From an uncultured Clostridia bacterium (GTDB lineage Bacteria > Bacillota > Clostridia > TANB77 > CAG-508), in NCBI GenBank assembly GCA_947628815.1, contig CANRBJ010000003.1, positions 13,772 through 77,771 on the forward strand: DNA of 64,000 nt. Direction: 5' to 3'. The position numbers and the translations under genes were made by a program. Under the pieces are notes generated by a model. It ran no database searches, was not told the DNA's origin, and saw nothing but the letters and a program-made list of their open reading frames with translations. Shown here piece by piece: positions 11,531 to 20,997 of this stretch; the stretch's first letter is position 1; the number at the start of each line of letters is the position of its first letter.

Positions 11531-12700
11531 ATGGAAAAGATAAGATATTTTGACCATGCAGCAACCACTCCTACTAAGGAAGAAGTTGTAAAAGAAATGC
11601 TTCCATATTTTTCGTTAAACTATGGAAATCCATCATCTATATATAGTATTGGAAGAAAAGCAAGGAAAGCAGTTGAAGAAGCAAGACAGAAAGTTTCAAA
11701 AGCAATTGGAGCATCAAACAAAGAAATATACTTTACTTCTTGTGGAAGTGAAAGTGATAATTTAGCAATAAAGGGAGTTGCATATGCAAATCGTAAAAAA
11801 GGAAACCATATAATTACAACAAAGATAGAACATCCAGCAGTATTACACACATGTCAAAATTTAGAAAAGCAAGGATTTGAAGTAACATATTTAAATGTTG
11901 ATTCTGATGGTTTAATCAGGTTAGAAGAATTAGAACAAGCAATTACGAACAGCACAATTTTAATTAGCATAATGTTTGCGAATAATGAAATAGGAACAAT
12001 TCAACCAATTAAAGAAATAGGAGAAATAGCAAAAAGACACAATATTTATTTTCATACAGATGCTGTGCAAGCGATAGGAAATGTAAAAATAGATATAAAT
12101 GAATTAAACATAGATTTACTATCTATGTCAGCTCATAAATTTTATGGACCAAAAGGAATGGGAGCATTATATGTAAGAACAGGTGTGAAATTTGATAAAA
12201 TACAAGATGGAGGACATCAAGAAAAAAACAAAAGAGCAGGAACAGAAAATGTAGCAGGAATTGTAGGATTAGGTAAAGCAATAGAACTTGTTTATGAGAA
12301 TTTTGATGAGTATAATCAAAAACTAAAAAATTTAAGAGATTACTATATATCGCAAGTAGAAGAAAAAATTCCATATATTAAGATAAATGGGCATAGAACA
12401 AAAAGATTACCAGGAAATGCAAATATTTCGTTTAAATTTATAGAGGGCGAGTCATTACTGCTAAACTTAGATATGAAAGGAATATGTGCTTCAAGTGGTT
12501 CTGCTTGCACTTCAGGTTCGCTTGAACCATCACATGTACTTGTAGCAATTGGATTAGAGCCAGAAATTGCACATGGTTCATTAAGAGTTACTTTTGGAGA
12601 AGATAACACAAAAGAAGATGTTGATTTTTTAGTAACTACGCTTATTGAAGTAGTAGATAAATTAAGGAAAATGTCTCCTTTGTATGAGGAACAAAAATAA
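11531..12700 (+). CDS. nifS: cysteine desulfurase (NifS/IscS class V aminotransferase)
   Basis: 389 aa. PLP lysine SAHKFYGPKG and active-site SSGSACTSG. Confidence 0.9.
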   Translation: MEKIRYFDHAATTPTKEEVVKEMLPYFSLNYGNPSSIYSIGRKARKAVEEARQKVSKAIGASNKEIYFTSCGSESDNLAIKGVAYANRKKGNHIITTKIEHPAVLHTCQNLEKQGFEVTYLNVDSDGLIRLEELEQAITNSTILISIMFANNEIGTIQPIKEIGEIAKRHNIYFHTDAVQAIGNVKIDINELNIDLLSMSAHKFYGPKGMGALYVRTGVKFDKIQDGGHQEKNKRAGTENVAGIVGLGKAIELVYENFDEYNQKLKNLRDYYISQVEEKIPYIKINGHRTKRLPGNANISFKFIEGESLLLNLDMKGICASSGSACTSGSLEPSHVLVAIGLEPEIAHGSLRVTFGEDNTKEDVDFLVTTLIEVVDKLRKMSPLYEEQK

Positions 12701-12714
12701 GTATAAAAATATAA

Positions 12715-12795
12715 ACAAAGGTAAAAAAGAAAGACTAATAAAGTACTTTGTGAAAGTAATAAAAACGTTGAAGTATTAAAACTTCAACATTTTTT
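12715..12795 (+). repeat. copy 1 of a ~80-nt direct repeat (relic of the 3' end of the small ORF at 14799..14954, plus its terminator hairpin)
   Basis: ACAAAGGTAAAAAAGAAAGACTAATAAAGTACTTTGTGAAAGTAATAAAAACGTTGAAGTATTAAAACTTCAACATTTTT aligns by eye to 14931..15010 with a few mismatches and two 1-nt indels. Confidence 0.8.
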
Positions 12796-13252
12796 ATAAT
12801 TTATGTGTTTTGTATTTAGTATAGAATTGCATTGGGCTTAAAATTTCAATATCATATTGTTTTTTTAATTCATCACTAACAGAATTGATGTGCGTATCTT
12901 GAGTTATTAAATATTGGACATTACCATCAATACAACAATCAATGAATTTATTATCGGATTTATCTTCAATGCAATAATCAGTATTAATAATGTGATCTAT
13001 TTCCTCAACTTGCCATAAGCATTTTGAAAGGGTAGCCATTAAAGGAAAAATATTGAATTCTTTATCATTATTTAGTTTTTTTAAAGCTTCCAATAAAATA
13101 TTTCCGAATGTAATTAATAATTCGTTTTGCATTTCCTTATTCATGACAAAAGATATCTTATTTAAGTTTTTTAAATTAAAAATAGCTTTTGCAAAGCTAT
13201 CTTTTTTAAATATTCCATTAATAAATACATTTGTATCTACTACTACTCTCAT
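12794..13252 (-). CDS. PIN-domain putative toxin (type II TA family)
   Basis: 152 aa. N-terminal MRVVVDTNVFINGIF acidic PIN signature, later D/E residues (YLITQDTH). The stop of the upstream small gene is 1 nt from its start. Confidence 0.75.
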   Translation of the reverse strand: MRVVVDTNVFINGIFKKDSFAKAIFNLKNLNKISFVMNKEMQNELLITFGNILLEALKKLNNDKEFNIFPLMATLSKCLWQVEEIDHIINTDYCIEDKSDNKFIDCCIDGNVQYLITQDTHINSVSDELKKQYDIEILSPMQFYTKYKTHKL

Positions 13253-13253
13253 T

Positions 13254-13436
13254 TTATAAAGTACCTTTTTTAACCTTTTTTACAATATTATCAATATCTG
13301 CATCTGTCATTTTTGCTTTTTTTACAAGAGAAGAACATACATCACATAATTCATCCCAGTCATTAGTGCTAGAATTTTCAATTTCATCAATTAATATTTC
13401 TTTAACAGAAGTTTTTTCATTCAATTTATTAATCAT
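13254..13436 (-). CDS. putative cognate antitoxin (small acidic protein)
   Basis: ORF track 13254..13484. Start moved to ATG 13436 (MINKLNEK...), with AGGAGG 9 nt upstream. Abuts the PIN gene. Function inferred only from position. Confidence 0.5.
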   Translation of the reverse strand: MINKLNEKTSVKEILIDEIENSSTNDWDELCDVCSSLVKKAKMTDADIDNIVKKVKKGTL

Positions 13437-13627
13437 AACATATTTCCTCCTTGTATTGAATTTTTTAATTTTTTTTATGTTCATGTTACCACCTATTAAA
13501 TATTATTAACAAGGATTAGTAATATGATACAATAAGATTATATCACAAAATTTACATAAAATCAATAACTTTATTAACTACTATATATCATTAAAGTATA
13601 GAAAAGTCAATAGTTTTAAAACAATAT

Positions 13628-14621
13628 TTATTTAATTAATCTTTCAACAATCTGAACAGCATTAGAAGCAGCACCTTTTCGTATGTTATCAGCAACTACC
13701 CATATATTAATTCCATTTTCAACACTATAATCTCTGCGAATTCTCCCAACAAAAACATCATCATAACCTGTTGCAAAAGTGGCAAGAGGATATATATTAT
13801 TTTTTACATCATCTTGAACAATAACACCAGGAGAATTTTTCAATGTATTTATTAAATCATCTAAATCAAACGAATTTTCAAATTCAATGTTAATACTTTC
13901 ACTATGAGAATTAAAAACAGGAACTCTTACAGTAGTTGCAGTTATTTTTAAATCTGGGTGTTTTAAAATTTTTCTTGTTTCATTTATCATTTTTTCTTCT
14001 TCCTTTGTATATCCATTTTCCAAAAATACATCAATATGTGGAAGACAGTTATTAAAAATAGGGTAAGGAAACTTTTCATTTGGTAATCCTTTTATACCAT
14101 TTTCTAAATCGTCTATACCATTTTTACCAGCTCCAGATACAGCTTGATAAGTAGAATATACAATTCTTTTAATTCTATATTTTTTATCTAATGGTTTTAA
14201 AGCAACAACTGCTTGAATTGTAGAACAGTTTGGATTTGCAATGATTCCATTATTTTTTTCGATTTCTTCGGGGTTTACTTCTGGAACAACTAAAGGAACA
14301 TTTGGATCCATTCGAAAAGCGCTACTATTATCTACAACAATACAACCCTTTGAGGCAGCAATAGGTGAATATTTCTTAGAAGTATCACTACCAGCAGAAA
14401 AGATAGCAAAATTAAATCCTTCATCAAAAGAATTTTCAGTTAATTCGCAAACATTGTATGTTTTTCCATTAAAAGCAATTTCTTGACCGAGCCGAACGCT
14501 TTGAAGCAAAAAAAGAATATTCTGAAATTGGTAATTTTTTTTCTTCTAACACTTGAAGAACAGTTCTTCCAACAAGCCCAGTAGCACCAACAACAGCTAA
14601 TTTATAATTTCTATTTTTCAT
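13628..14621 (-). CDS. asd: aspartate-semialdehyde dehydrogenase; the reading frame changes by +1 at in-frame CGG (complement 14487..14489)
   Basis: 44 N-terminal codons read from ATG 14621 (MKNRNYKLAVVGATGLVGRTVLQVLEEKKLPISEYSFFASKRSA), then CGG. The protein continues GQEIAFNGKTY... in ORF 13628..14509. Contains GATGxVG and active-site NPNCSTIQ. Pipelines would call this frameshifted. Confidence 0.85.
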
Positions 14622-14798
14622 ATGAATACCTTCTTTAAATAAGCTAATATAAAAATATATTTATATTTTTTATAAATCCGTATATTATATGATAAAAATG
14701 GAAAAAGTGGTACAAACGAAAAAGTTTATAAAAAATAAAATTGCACTTTTGGTAGTTATATGATATTATATAGCTATAGAGATAGAGAGGTGAATAGA

Positions 14799-14954
14799 AT
14801 GTCTGATGCACCAAAACCAATAAATATTGTAAGTGGAGATGGAAAAGAACTAGAAATTTCTCCAGTATATAAACATTTATCAATTGCTAAACCAAAAGCA
14901 AAAGAAGAAAAAAAGCAAGAAATTATTATTCCAAAGGAAAAAAATAAAGACTAA
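14799..14954 (+). CDS. small hypothetical protein (51 aa, Lys/Glu-rich tail)
   Basis: ORF track 14760..14954. Start moved to ATG 14799 (MSDAPKPINIV...), preceded by GAGAGAGG. Followed by a terminator hairpin. Confidence 0.45.
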   Translation: MSDAPKPINIVSGDGKELEISPVYKHLSIAKPKAKEEKKQEIIIPKEKNKD

Positions 14955-15010
14955 TAAATTACTTAGTAGAAGTAAATAAAAATGTTGAAGTATTAAAACT
15001 TCAACATTTT
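14931..15010 (+). repeat. copy 2 of the ~80-nt direct repeat (authentic 3' end of the small ORF plus terminator GTTGAAG-TATTAAAA-CTTCAAC)
   Basis: See copy 1. Hairpin 14984..15005 followed by ATTTTT. Confidence 0.8.
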
Positions 15011-15087
15011 TGGTAGCGACGGTGGGACTTGAACCTACGACCTGCCGGGTATGAACCGGATGCTCTAGCCAACTGAGCTACGTCGCC
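15011..15087 (-). tRNA. tRNA with CAU anticodon (Met; elongator/initiator/Ile2 class not resolved)
   Basis: Reverse complement GGCGACGTAGCTCAGTTGGCTAGAGCATCCGGTTCATACCCGGCAGGTCGTAGGTTCAAGTCCCACCGTCGCTACCA folds as a cloverleaf with encoded CCA. I note G1.U72 and single mismatches in the anticodon and T stems. Confidence 0.8.
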
Positions 15088-15257
15088 ATATTTAGTGGAA
15101 CGTGTATTATTATAATAGTATATCCCAAATTTGTCAATATAAAACAAGAAAAATAATTGAAAATGTTTTAAAATATATTATAATAGAGCTAATTTTATTG
15201 ACATTTTGTTTGATAAATGTAATAATATATAAATAATTTAAAAGAAAAGAGAATACT

Positions 15258-15827
15258 ATGGAAATTGAAAAAATAAAGTCAATAATAGAAGCCATTTTAT
15301 TTTCAGCAGGAAGAGTAGTTGAAATAAAAGAAATTGTATCTTGTTTGGAAATGAGCGAAGAAGATATTATAAATGTTATTGAAAATATGAAACGAGAATG
15401 TGAAGAGCAAAATAGAGGAATTGAAATTATTAAAGTTGATACTGGATATCAAATGTGCACAAAAAAAGAGTATTATGAATATATATATCCAATCTTAGAT
15501 AAAAGAAGTAAACCTAACTTATCAAATGCAGCTTTAGAAACTCTTGCTATAATTGCATACAATCCAGGAATTACAAGAGCAGAAATAGAGTCTATAAGAG
15601 GTGTTAATTCAGATGCTACAATTTATAAGTTATTAGAATATGAATTAATAGAAATAGCAGGAAAACTAGATGCCCCAGGAAAACCTACTACATATAAAAC
15701 AACTAAAAAATTTCTAAAAATGTTTGGTTTTTCAAATTTAGAAGAATTACCAGAATTACCAAGATATCGTATGGATGAAAATAAACAAATTGTTATAGAT
15801 GAAATTTTAGAGGAGGAAGAAAAATGA
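15258..15827 (+). CDS. scpB: segregation and condensation protein B
   Basis: 189 aa. IIEAILFSAGRVV..., SNAALETLAIIAYNPGITRAEIESIRGV, GKPTTYKTTKKFL winged-helix repeats. Confidence 0.9.
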   Translation: MEIEKIKSIIEAILFSAGRVVEIKEIVSCLEMSEEDIINVIENMKRECEEQNRGIEIIKVDTGYQMCTKKEYYEYIYPILDKRSKPNLSNAALETLAIIAYNPGITRAEIESIRGVNSDATIYKLLEYELIEIAGKLDAPGKPTTYKTTKKFLKMFGFSNLEELPELPRYRMDENKQIVIDEILEEEEK

Positions 15828-17114
15828 GATTATCACGGAACAGGAATGGGAACAACAAAATTAAATAATATAGATGAAATGTATCCAGGTCAAAGTATAT
15901 TATTACAAACAGGTCAATTAGTTCAATATGGGGCAGGGTTATTTGCATATAATACAATACCATTATTAGTAAGAAGAAATGTAGAAAAAATAATTGTAGA
16001 TACATTAAATAAATATAATTGCATAGAAGTATTACTTCCAACTTTACAACCAGATACTATTTGGAAAAATTCTGGTAGGTATGAACATTACGTAAATGAT
16101 GGAACAATGTTAGTAACGGAATCAAATAAAGGTACATTTTGTCTTGCTCCAACCGGAGAAGAAGCAATGCTAGAATTTGCAAGGGAGAAACTTAAGTCTT
16201 ATAAAAATTTACCAGTTACATACTATCAAATAGGAGAAAAATATAGAAATGAAATTAGAACACGAGGATATTTATTAAGAGGAAAAGCATTTCCGATGTT
16301 AGATGCCTATAGTTTTGATGCAAGTGAAGAAGAAATGGCAAAATCTTATGAAAATGTAAAAAAAGCATTTATAGAAATATTTGAAAAAATAGGTTTACCA
16401 GTTATTCCAATAGTTGCAGATAATGGCGCAATGGGAGGAAAAAAATCTGAAGAGTTTATGCTTATTTCAGAACAAGGTGAAGATAAAATACTTTATGATG
16501 AAAAAACAGGAATAGGTCTTAATACAGAAATTCTAGAAAAAGAAAATTATGAACAATATTTAAAAGACGAGTATGGAATAGAGGATATATCTAACTTGAA
16601 AGAAATACGCACTATGGAGCTTGGTCATATTTTTCAATTAGGAACTAGATATTCTGAAATGATGAATGGGAAATTTATAAATAAAGATGGAAAAGAAGCA
16701 TTATACTATATGGGCTGTTATGGAATTGGTGTTAGTAGGACTGTTGCAGCATTATATGAATCATGTGTTATAAATGATGAGAAATGGGGACCTTGTGGTT
16801 TTAATTTACCAATATCGGTTGCACCATTTAAAGTTCAAATTATACCTAAAATAGAAAGTGAAGAAAAGAAAGCACTTGCAGTTAAAATGTATGAAGAATT
16901 AAGCAAAAATGGTATACCAGCAATTTTAGATGATAGAGAGAATATAACTATTGGAGCAAAAATAAAAGATACAAAAGTATTAGGAACTCCATTCTTAATA
17001 GTATTAGGAGATAAACAACAAGGAGATATTATTGAATTAGAAAGTAATTTAACTAAAGAAAAAGAAGAAGTAAAAATTGAAAATTTAGTACAAAAATTAA
17101 TAGAGAAGGGCTAA
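15824..17114 (+). CDS. proS: proline--tRNA ligase, bacterial-type but lacking the INS editing domain; +1 frame change at in-frame CGG (15836..15838, codon 5)
   Basis: ATG 15824 overlaps the scpB stop (ATGA) and has GGAGG 7 nt upstream. MRLS-CGG, then the ORF-track frame (15846..17114). Class II motif 2 is YRNEIRTRGYLLRGKAFPMLDAYSF. The ungapped N-terminus matches the canonical ProRS length. Confidence 0.8.
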
Positions 17115-17143
17115 CTATGCGTAGTTTATGAGGGAGGAAAAGA

Positions 17144-18904
17144 ATGAACGAGTATAGAACAAAAACATGTGGTGAATTAAATATTAATAATGTATCAGAA
17201 GAAGTAAAACTTGCAGGATGGATAGGAAAAATTAGAAATTTAGGTGGTATGTGTTTTATTGATTTAAGAGATGAATTTGGTATTACACAAATTGTTATGG
17301 AAAATAATGAAACTACAGAAGAAATGATTAAAAGCTTAACAACTGAAAGCTGTATTTGTGTAGATGGTAAAGTTGTAGAAAGAACAAATAAAAATAATAA
17401 AATTTCAACAGGTGAAATTGAAGTTGTAGCGAGTAACATAACAGTACTTGGAAAATGTAAAAATGTATTACCATTTGAAATAAACTCAAACGAACAAAAT
17501 AATGTAAGAGAAGATTTACGTTTAGAGTATAGATTTTTAGATTTAAGAAATGAACATCTTCATAATAACATTTTGTTAAGATCAAATATTATTAAAACAT
17601 TAAGAAACAAAATGGATGAATTAGGATTTACAGAAATACAAACACCAATCTTAGCCAATTCATCACCAGAAGGAGCAAGAGATTTTTTAGTACCAAGTAG
17701 ATTACATCCAGGAGAATTTTACGCTCTACCTCAAGCACCACAGCAATTTAAACAACTACTAATGGTAGGGGGATTTAATAAATATTATCAAATAGCACCA
17801 TGTTTTAGAGATGAAGATCCGCGTGCAGACCGTGCACCAGGAGAATTCTATCAACTAGATTTTGAAATGAGTTTTGCAAACCAAGAAGATGTATTTAAAG
17901 TACTAGAAGAAGTAGTTCCAGATGTATTTAAAAAATTTACAAATTGGAAAGTAGATGAAGGACCATTCGTTCGTATACCATACAAAGAAGCTATGGAAAA
18001 GTATGGAATAGATAAACCAGACCTTCGAAATCCACTAATAATAAATGATGTAACAAAAGTATTTGAAGGCACAGAATTTAATGCTTTTAAAGATAAAACA
18101 ATAAAAGTTATTAAAGTAGAAATGAAAGAAGAACTACCAAGAAAATTCTTTGATAATATGGGAGAATTTGCAAAAAATGAATTAAGAGCAAAAGGACTTG
18201 CTTGGGTAAAAATAGATGGAGAAAATAATTTAGTAGGTGGAATTTCTAAATTTATAACCGATAAACAAAAAGAAGAAATAATGAGTATAACAGGAGCAAA
18301 AGAAAATTCAGCGTTATTCTTTATAGCAGACGAATTTAGTACAGCACAAAAAATAGCAGGTGAAGTAAGAATAGAACTTGGTAAAAGATTAGATTTATTA
18401 GAAAAAGACGTATATCGTTTCTGTTTAATAGTTGATTTTCCAATGTATGAATTATCAGATGAAGGAACAATAGACTTTAACCATAATCCATTTTCAATGC
18501 CACAAGGTGGAATGAAAGCATTAGAAACAATGAATCCACTTGAAATACTTGCTTATCAATATGACCTAGTTTGCAACGGATATGAAATGGCATCAGGAGC
18601 AGTTAGAAATCACGATCCAGAATTAATGGTAAAAGCATTTGAAATAGCAGGATATACAAGAAGTGATGTAGAAGAGAGATTTGGAGCATTGTTTAACGCA
18701 TTCCAATATGGAACACCACCACACGCAGGAGCAGCACCAGGACTGGATAGAATGGTAATGTTAATTGCAAATGAAGATAACCTAAGACAAGTAATAGCAT
18801 TTCCAAAAAATAAAAAGGCAAGAGATTTATTAATGCGAGCACCAAGTAAAGTAACAGAAGAACAATTAAAAGATGTACATATAAAGTTAGATAACAAAGA
18901 ATAA
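17144..18904 (+). CDS. aspS: aspartate--tRNA ligase
   Basis: 586 aa. OB-fold N-terminus, FRDEDPRADRAPGEFYQLDFEMSF, C-terminal GLDRMVML. Confidence 0.95.
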   Translation: MNEYRTKTCGELNINNVSEEVKLAGWIGKIRNLGGMCFIDLRDEFGITQIVMENNETTEEMIKSLTTESCICVDGKVVERTNKNNKISTGEIEVVASNITVLGKCKNVLPFEINSNEQNNVREDLRLEYRFLDLRNEHLHNNILLRSNIIKTLRNKMDELGFTEIQTPILANSSPEGARDFLVPSRLHPGEFYALPQAPQQFKQLLMVGGFNKYYQIAPCFRDEDPRADRAPGEFYQLDFEMSFANQEDVFKVLEEVVPDVFKKFTNWKVDEGPFVRIPYKEAMEKYGIDKPDLRNPLIINDVTKVFEGTEFNAFKDKTIKVIKVEMKEELPRKFFDNMGEFAKNELRAKGLAWVKIDGENNLVGGISKFITDKQKEEIMSITGAKENSALFFIADEFSTAQKIAGEVRIELGKRLDLLEKDVYRFCLIVDFPMYELSDEGTIDFNHNPFSMPQGGMKALETMNPLEILAYQYDLVCNGYEMASGAVRNHDPELMVKAFEIAGYTRSDVEERFGALFNAFQYGTPPHAGAAPGLDRMVMLIANEDNLRQVIAFPKNKKARDLLMRAPSKVTEEQLKDVHIKLDNKE

Positions 18905-18907
18905 ATA

Positions 18908-18936
18908 TTGACAAATAAGCCAATATGTTATACAAT
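18908..18936 (+). promoter_or_regulatory. sigma-70-type promoter (TTGACA-17 nt-TACAAT) directly after the aspS stop
   Basis: TTGACA 18908..18913, 17-nt spacer, TACAAT 18931..18936. Confidence 0.5.
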
Positions 18937-18942
18937 AAATAT

Positions 18943-19074
18943 GCGTTATAGGGATAACGTATTTGAAATAATGTTGTAACTTGGGAACCAAGTTATATTG
19001 GGGGCTAACTTACTTAGGAGAGAATAGTAAGTTAAAGGCAGATGGCGGAAATGTTCGCAGTCTGCCCTTTTTTT
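18943..19074 (+). ncRNA. candidate ~130-nt structured RNA or uvrC leader (four hairpins, the last an intrinsic terminator); class unknown
   Basis: Hairpins at 18944..18959, 18977..18995, 19008..19032 (loop contains AGGAG) and 19037..19066 (GGCAGA...TCTGCC) followed by T7. No ORF over 12 codons. Confidence 0.45.
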
Positions 19075-19089
19075 ACACGAGGTGGAAAT

Positions 19090-20880
19090 ATGTTTAATAT
19101 TGAAGAAGAACTAAAAAAATTGCCTAAAAAACCAGGTGTATATATTATGAGAGACAAAGATGATAAAATATTATATGTGGGAAAAGCGGTTATTTTAAGA
19201 AATCGTGTAAGGCAATATTTTAGAAAAAATAACAAAACAAAAAGAATAGAAAATATGGTGGCTTTAGTAGATCATTTTGAATATATTGTAACAGATAATG
19301 AAGCAGAAGCATTAATTCTAGAATGTAATCTAATTAAAGAAAATAGACCCAAGTTCAATGTATTATTAAAAGACGATAAAACGTATCCATATATTAAAAT
19401 TGATGTGAAATCTGATTATCCCAATGTATATATAACAAGAAATATTGCAAATGATGGAGCAAAATACTTTGGACCATATGCAAATGCAGGAAGTGCTAAA
19501 GAAATGGTGGATTTTATTAAACAAAAATTTAAAATACGCCAATGTAGAAATTTTAAATCCAATAAAAGAGCATGTTTAAATTACCATATACAACGTTGTT
19601 CTGCGCCATGTATGGGATATATTTCAAAAGAAGAATATAAAGAACAAATTGACCAAATTATAATGCTTTTAGAAGGAAAAATTGATAATATTTTAAAAGA
19701 TTTAGATAAGCAAATTAAGGAAAAAGCAGTAAGTCAAGAATATGAAGAAGCAGCATATTTACGAGATAAAAAGATAGCAATAGAAAGAATTTCGCAAAAA
19801 CAAAAGGTATCAAATATTACAGAAAACGATATAGATGTAATTGGTCTTGCAAAAAATGAAATTAGTGTATGTATAGAAATCTTTTTTGTAAGAAAAAGCA
19901 AAATGATAGGCAGAGAGCATTATTTCTTTAATGATTTAACAGATGTACCAAATGAAGAAATATTATCTAGTTTTGTAAAGCAATATTATATGACAAAAGA
20001 GGAAATACCTCACAGAATTATGTTAAAAGAAGAAATTGAAGATAAAGAAGTTATAGAAGAATATTTAACTAAAAAAGTTGGAAGAAAAGTAGAATTAAAA
20101 TCACCACAAAAAGGAGAAAAATTACGATTTGTAGAAATGGCAGAAAATAATGCAAAGGTGACATTAGAAAATAAGTCGAAAGACAAGTTTGAACTTTTAA
20201 TGGAACTAAAAGAAGTATTAAAATTAGATAAAATGCCTAGAAAAATAGAAACATTTGATATTTCAAACATTTCTGGGAGTTATATGGTTGCAGGAATGTG
20301 TGTGTTGCAAGATGGTGTAATTAACCATAAACTTTCAAGACGTTTTAGAATAAAAACAGTACTTACACAGGACGATCCAAAGTGTATGGAAGAAGTAATT
20401 TCAAGAAGACTAAAACATTCAATAGAATCTGTAAATAGCGGATTTGGAAAGCTTCCAGATGCAATATTTGTAGATGGAGGAATTACTCAAGAAAGAGCAG
20501 CAAGAAATGCTATTAATCAATATGGTTTAAAAATACCTGTATATGGAATGGTAAAAAACGATAAACATAGAACTCGTGCATTAATAGATGAACAAAGAAA
20601 TGAACAAGAATTGTCTGAAGATTTAATGAATTTAATTACTAATTTTCAAGATGAAGTTCATAAAACAGCCATAGAATATCATAGAAAAGTAAGAGATAAA
20701 GAAATTACAAAATCAGCATTAGATGATATAGCAGGAATTGGTGAAAAAAAGAAAAAAGAATTATTAAAACATTTCGGAAGCATAGAAAAAATAAAAGCAT
20801 CAAGTGTAGAAGAACTAATAAAAATAAAGGGAATTAATGAACAATTAGCAAACAATATATTAAAAGAACTAAAAAAATAG
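19090..20880 (+). CDS. uvrC: excinuclease ABC subunit C
   Basis: ORF track 19042..20880. Start moved to ATG 19090 (MFNIEEELKKLPKKPGVYIM), with GAGGTGG RBS. GIY-YIG (GVYIMRD...ILYVGKA), UVR domain, C-terminal HhH. Confidence 0.93.
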   Translation: MFNIEEELKKLPKKPGVYIMRDKDDKILYVGKAVILRNRVRQYFRKNNKTKRIENMVALVDHFEYIVTDNEAEALILECNLIKENRPKFNVLLKDDKTYPYIKIDVKSDYPNVYITRNIANDGAKYFGPYANAGSAKEMVDFIKQKFKIRQCRNFKSNKRACLNYHIQRCSAPCMGYISKEEYKEQIDQIIMLLEGKIDNILKDLDKQIKEKAVSQEYEEAAYLRDKKIAIERISQKQKVSNITENDIDVIGLAKNEISVCIEIFFVRKSKMIGREHYFFNDLTDVPNEEILSSFVKQYYMTKEEIPHRIMLKEEIEDKEVIEEYLTKKVGRKVELKSPQKGEKLRFVEMAENNAKVTLENKSKDKFELLMELKEVLKLDKMPRKIETFDISNISGSYMVAGMCVLQDGVINHKLSRRFRIKTVLTQDDPKCMEEVISRRLKHSIESVNSGFGKLPDAIFVDGGITQERAARNAINQYGLKIPVYGMVKNDKHRTRALIDEQRNEQELSEDLMNLITNFQDEVHKTAIEYHRKVRDKEITKSALDDIAGIGEKKKKELLKHFGSIEKIKASSVEELIKIKGINEQLANNILKELKK

Positions 20881-20997
20881 CGAAATTGGTTGAAAATACA
20901 CTAAAATTTATGATATTATTTAAATAATATTTGTCATATTTCATAAATAATAAACATATATTTATTATGTAAAATAAAATTAAGGGGGAAATTATTT

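Noticed and set aside
15088-15257. Absence of scpA upstream of scpB considered as an anomaly
   Set aside because: scpA may simply be elsewhere in the genome, and this cannot be evaluated from one window. scpB has its own plausible promoter (TTGACA at 15198).
15846-15848. ATG 15846 as the proS start (as in the ORF track)
   Set aside because: There is no spaced RBS. ATG 15824 has GGAGG and ATGA coupling to scpB, and after the CGG shift it gives a canonical-length ProRS N-terminus. 15846 is kept only as a fallback if the frame break is real and unrescued.
19031-19074. AAGGCAGATGGCGG resembling part of 4.5S/SRP RNA, and GAAATGTTCG resembling half a LexA (Cheo) box upstream of uvrC
   Set aside because: The SRP domain IV hallmark (GGAAGCAGCC-type loop) is absent and the size and fold do not fit. 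The Cheo box needs CGAAC-N4-GTTCG, and only one half-site is present.
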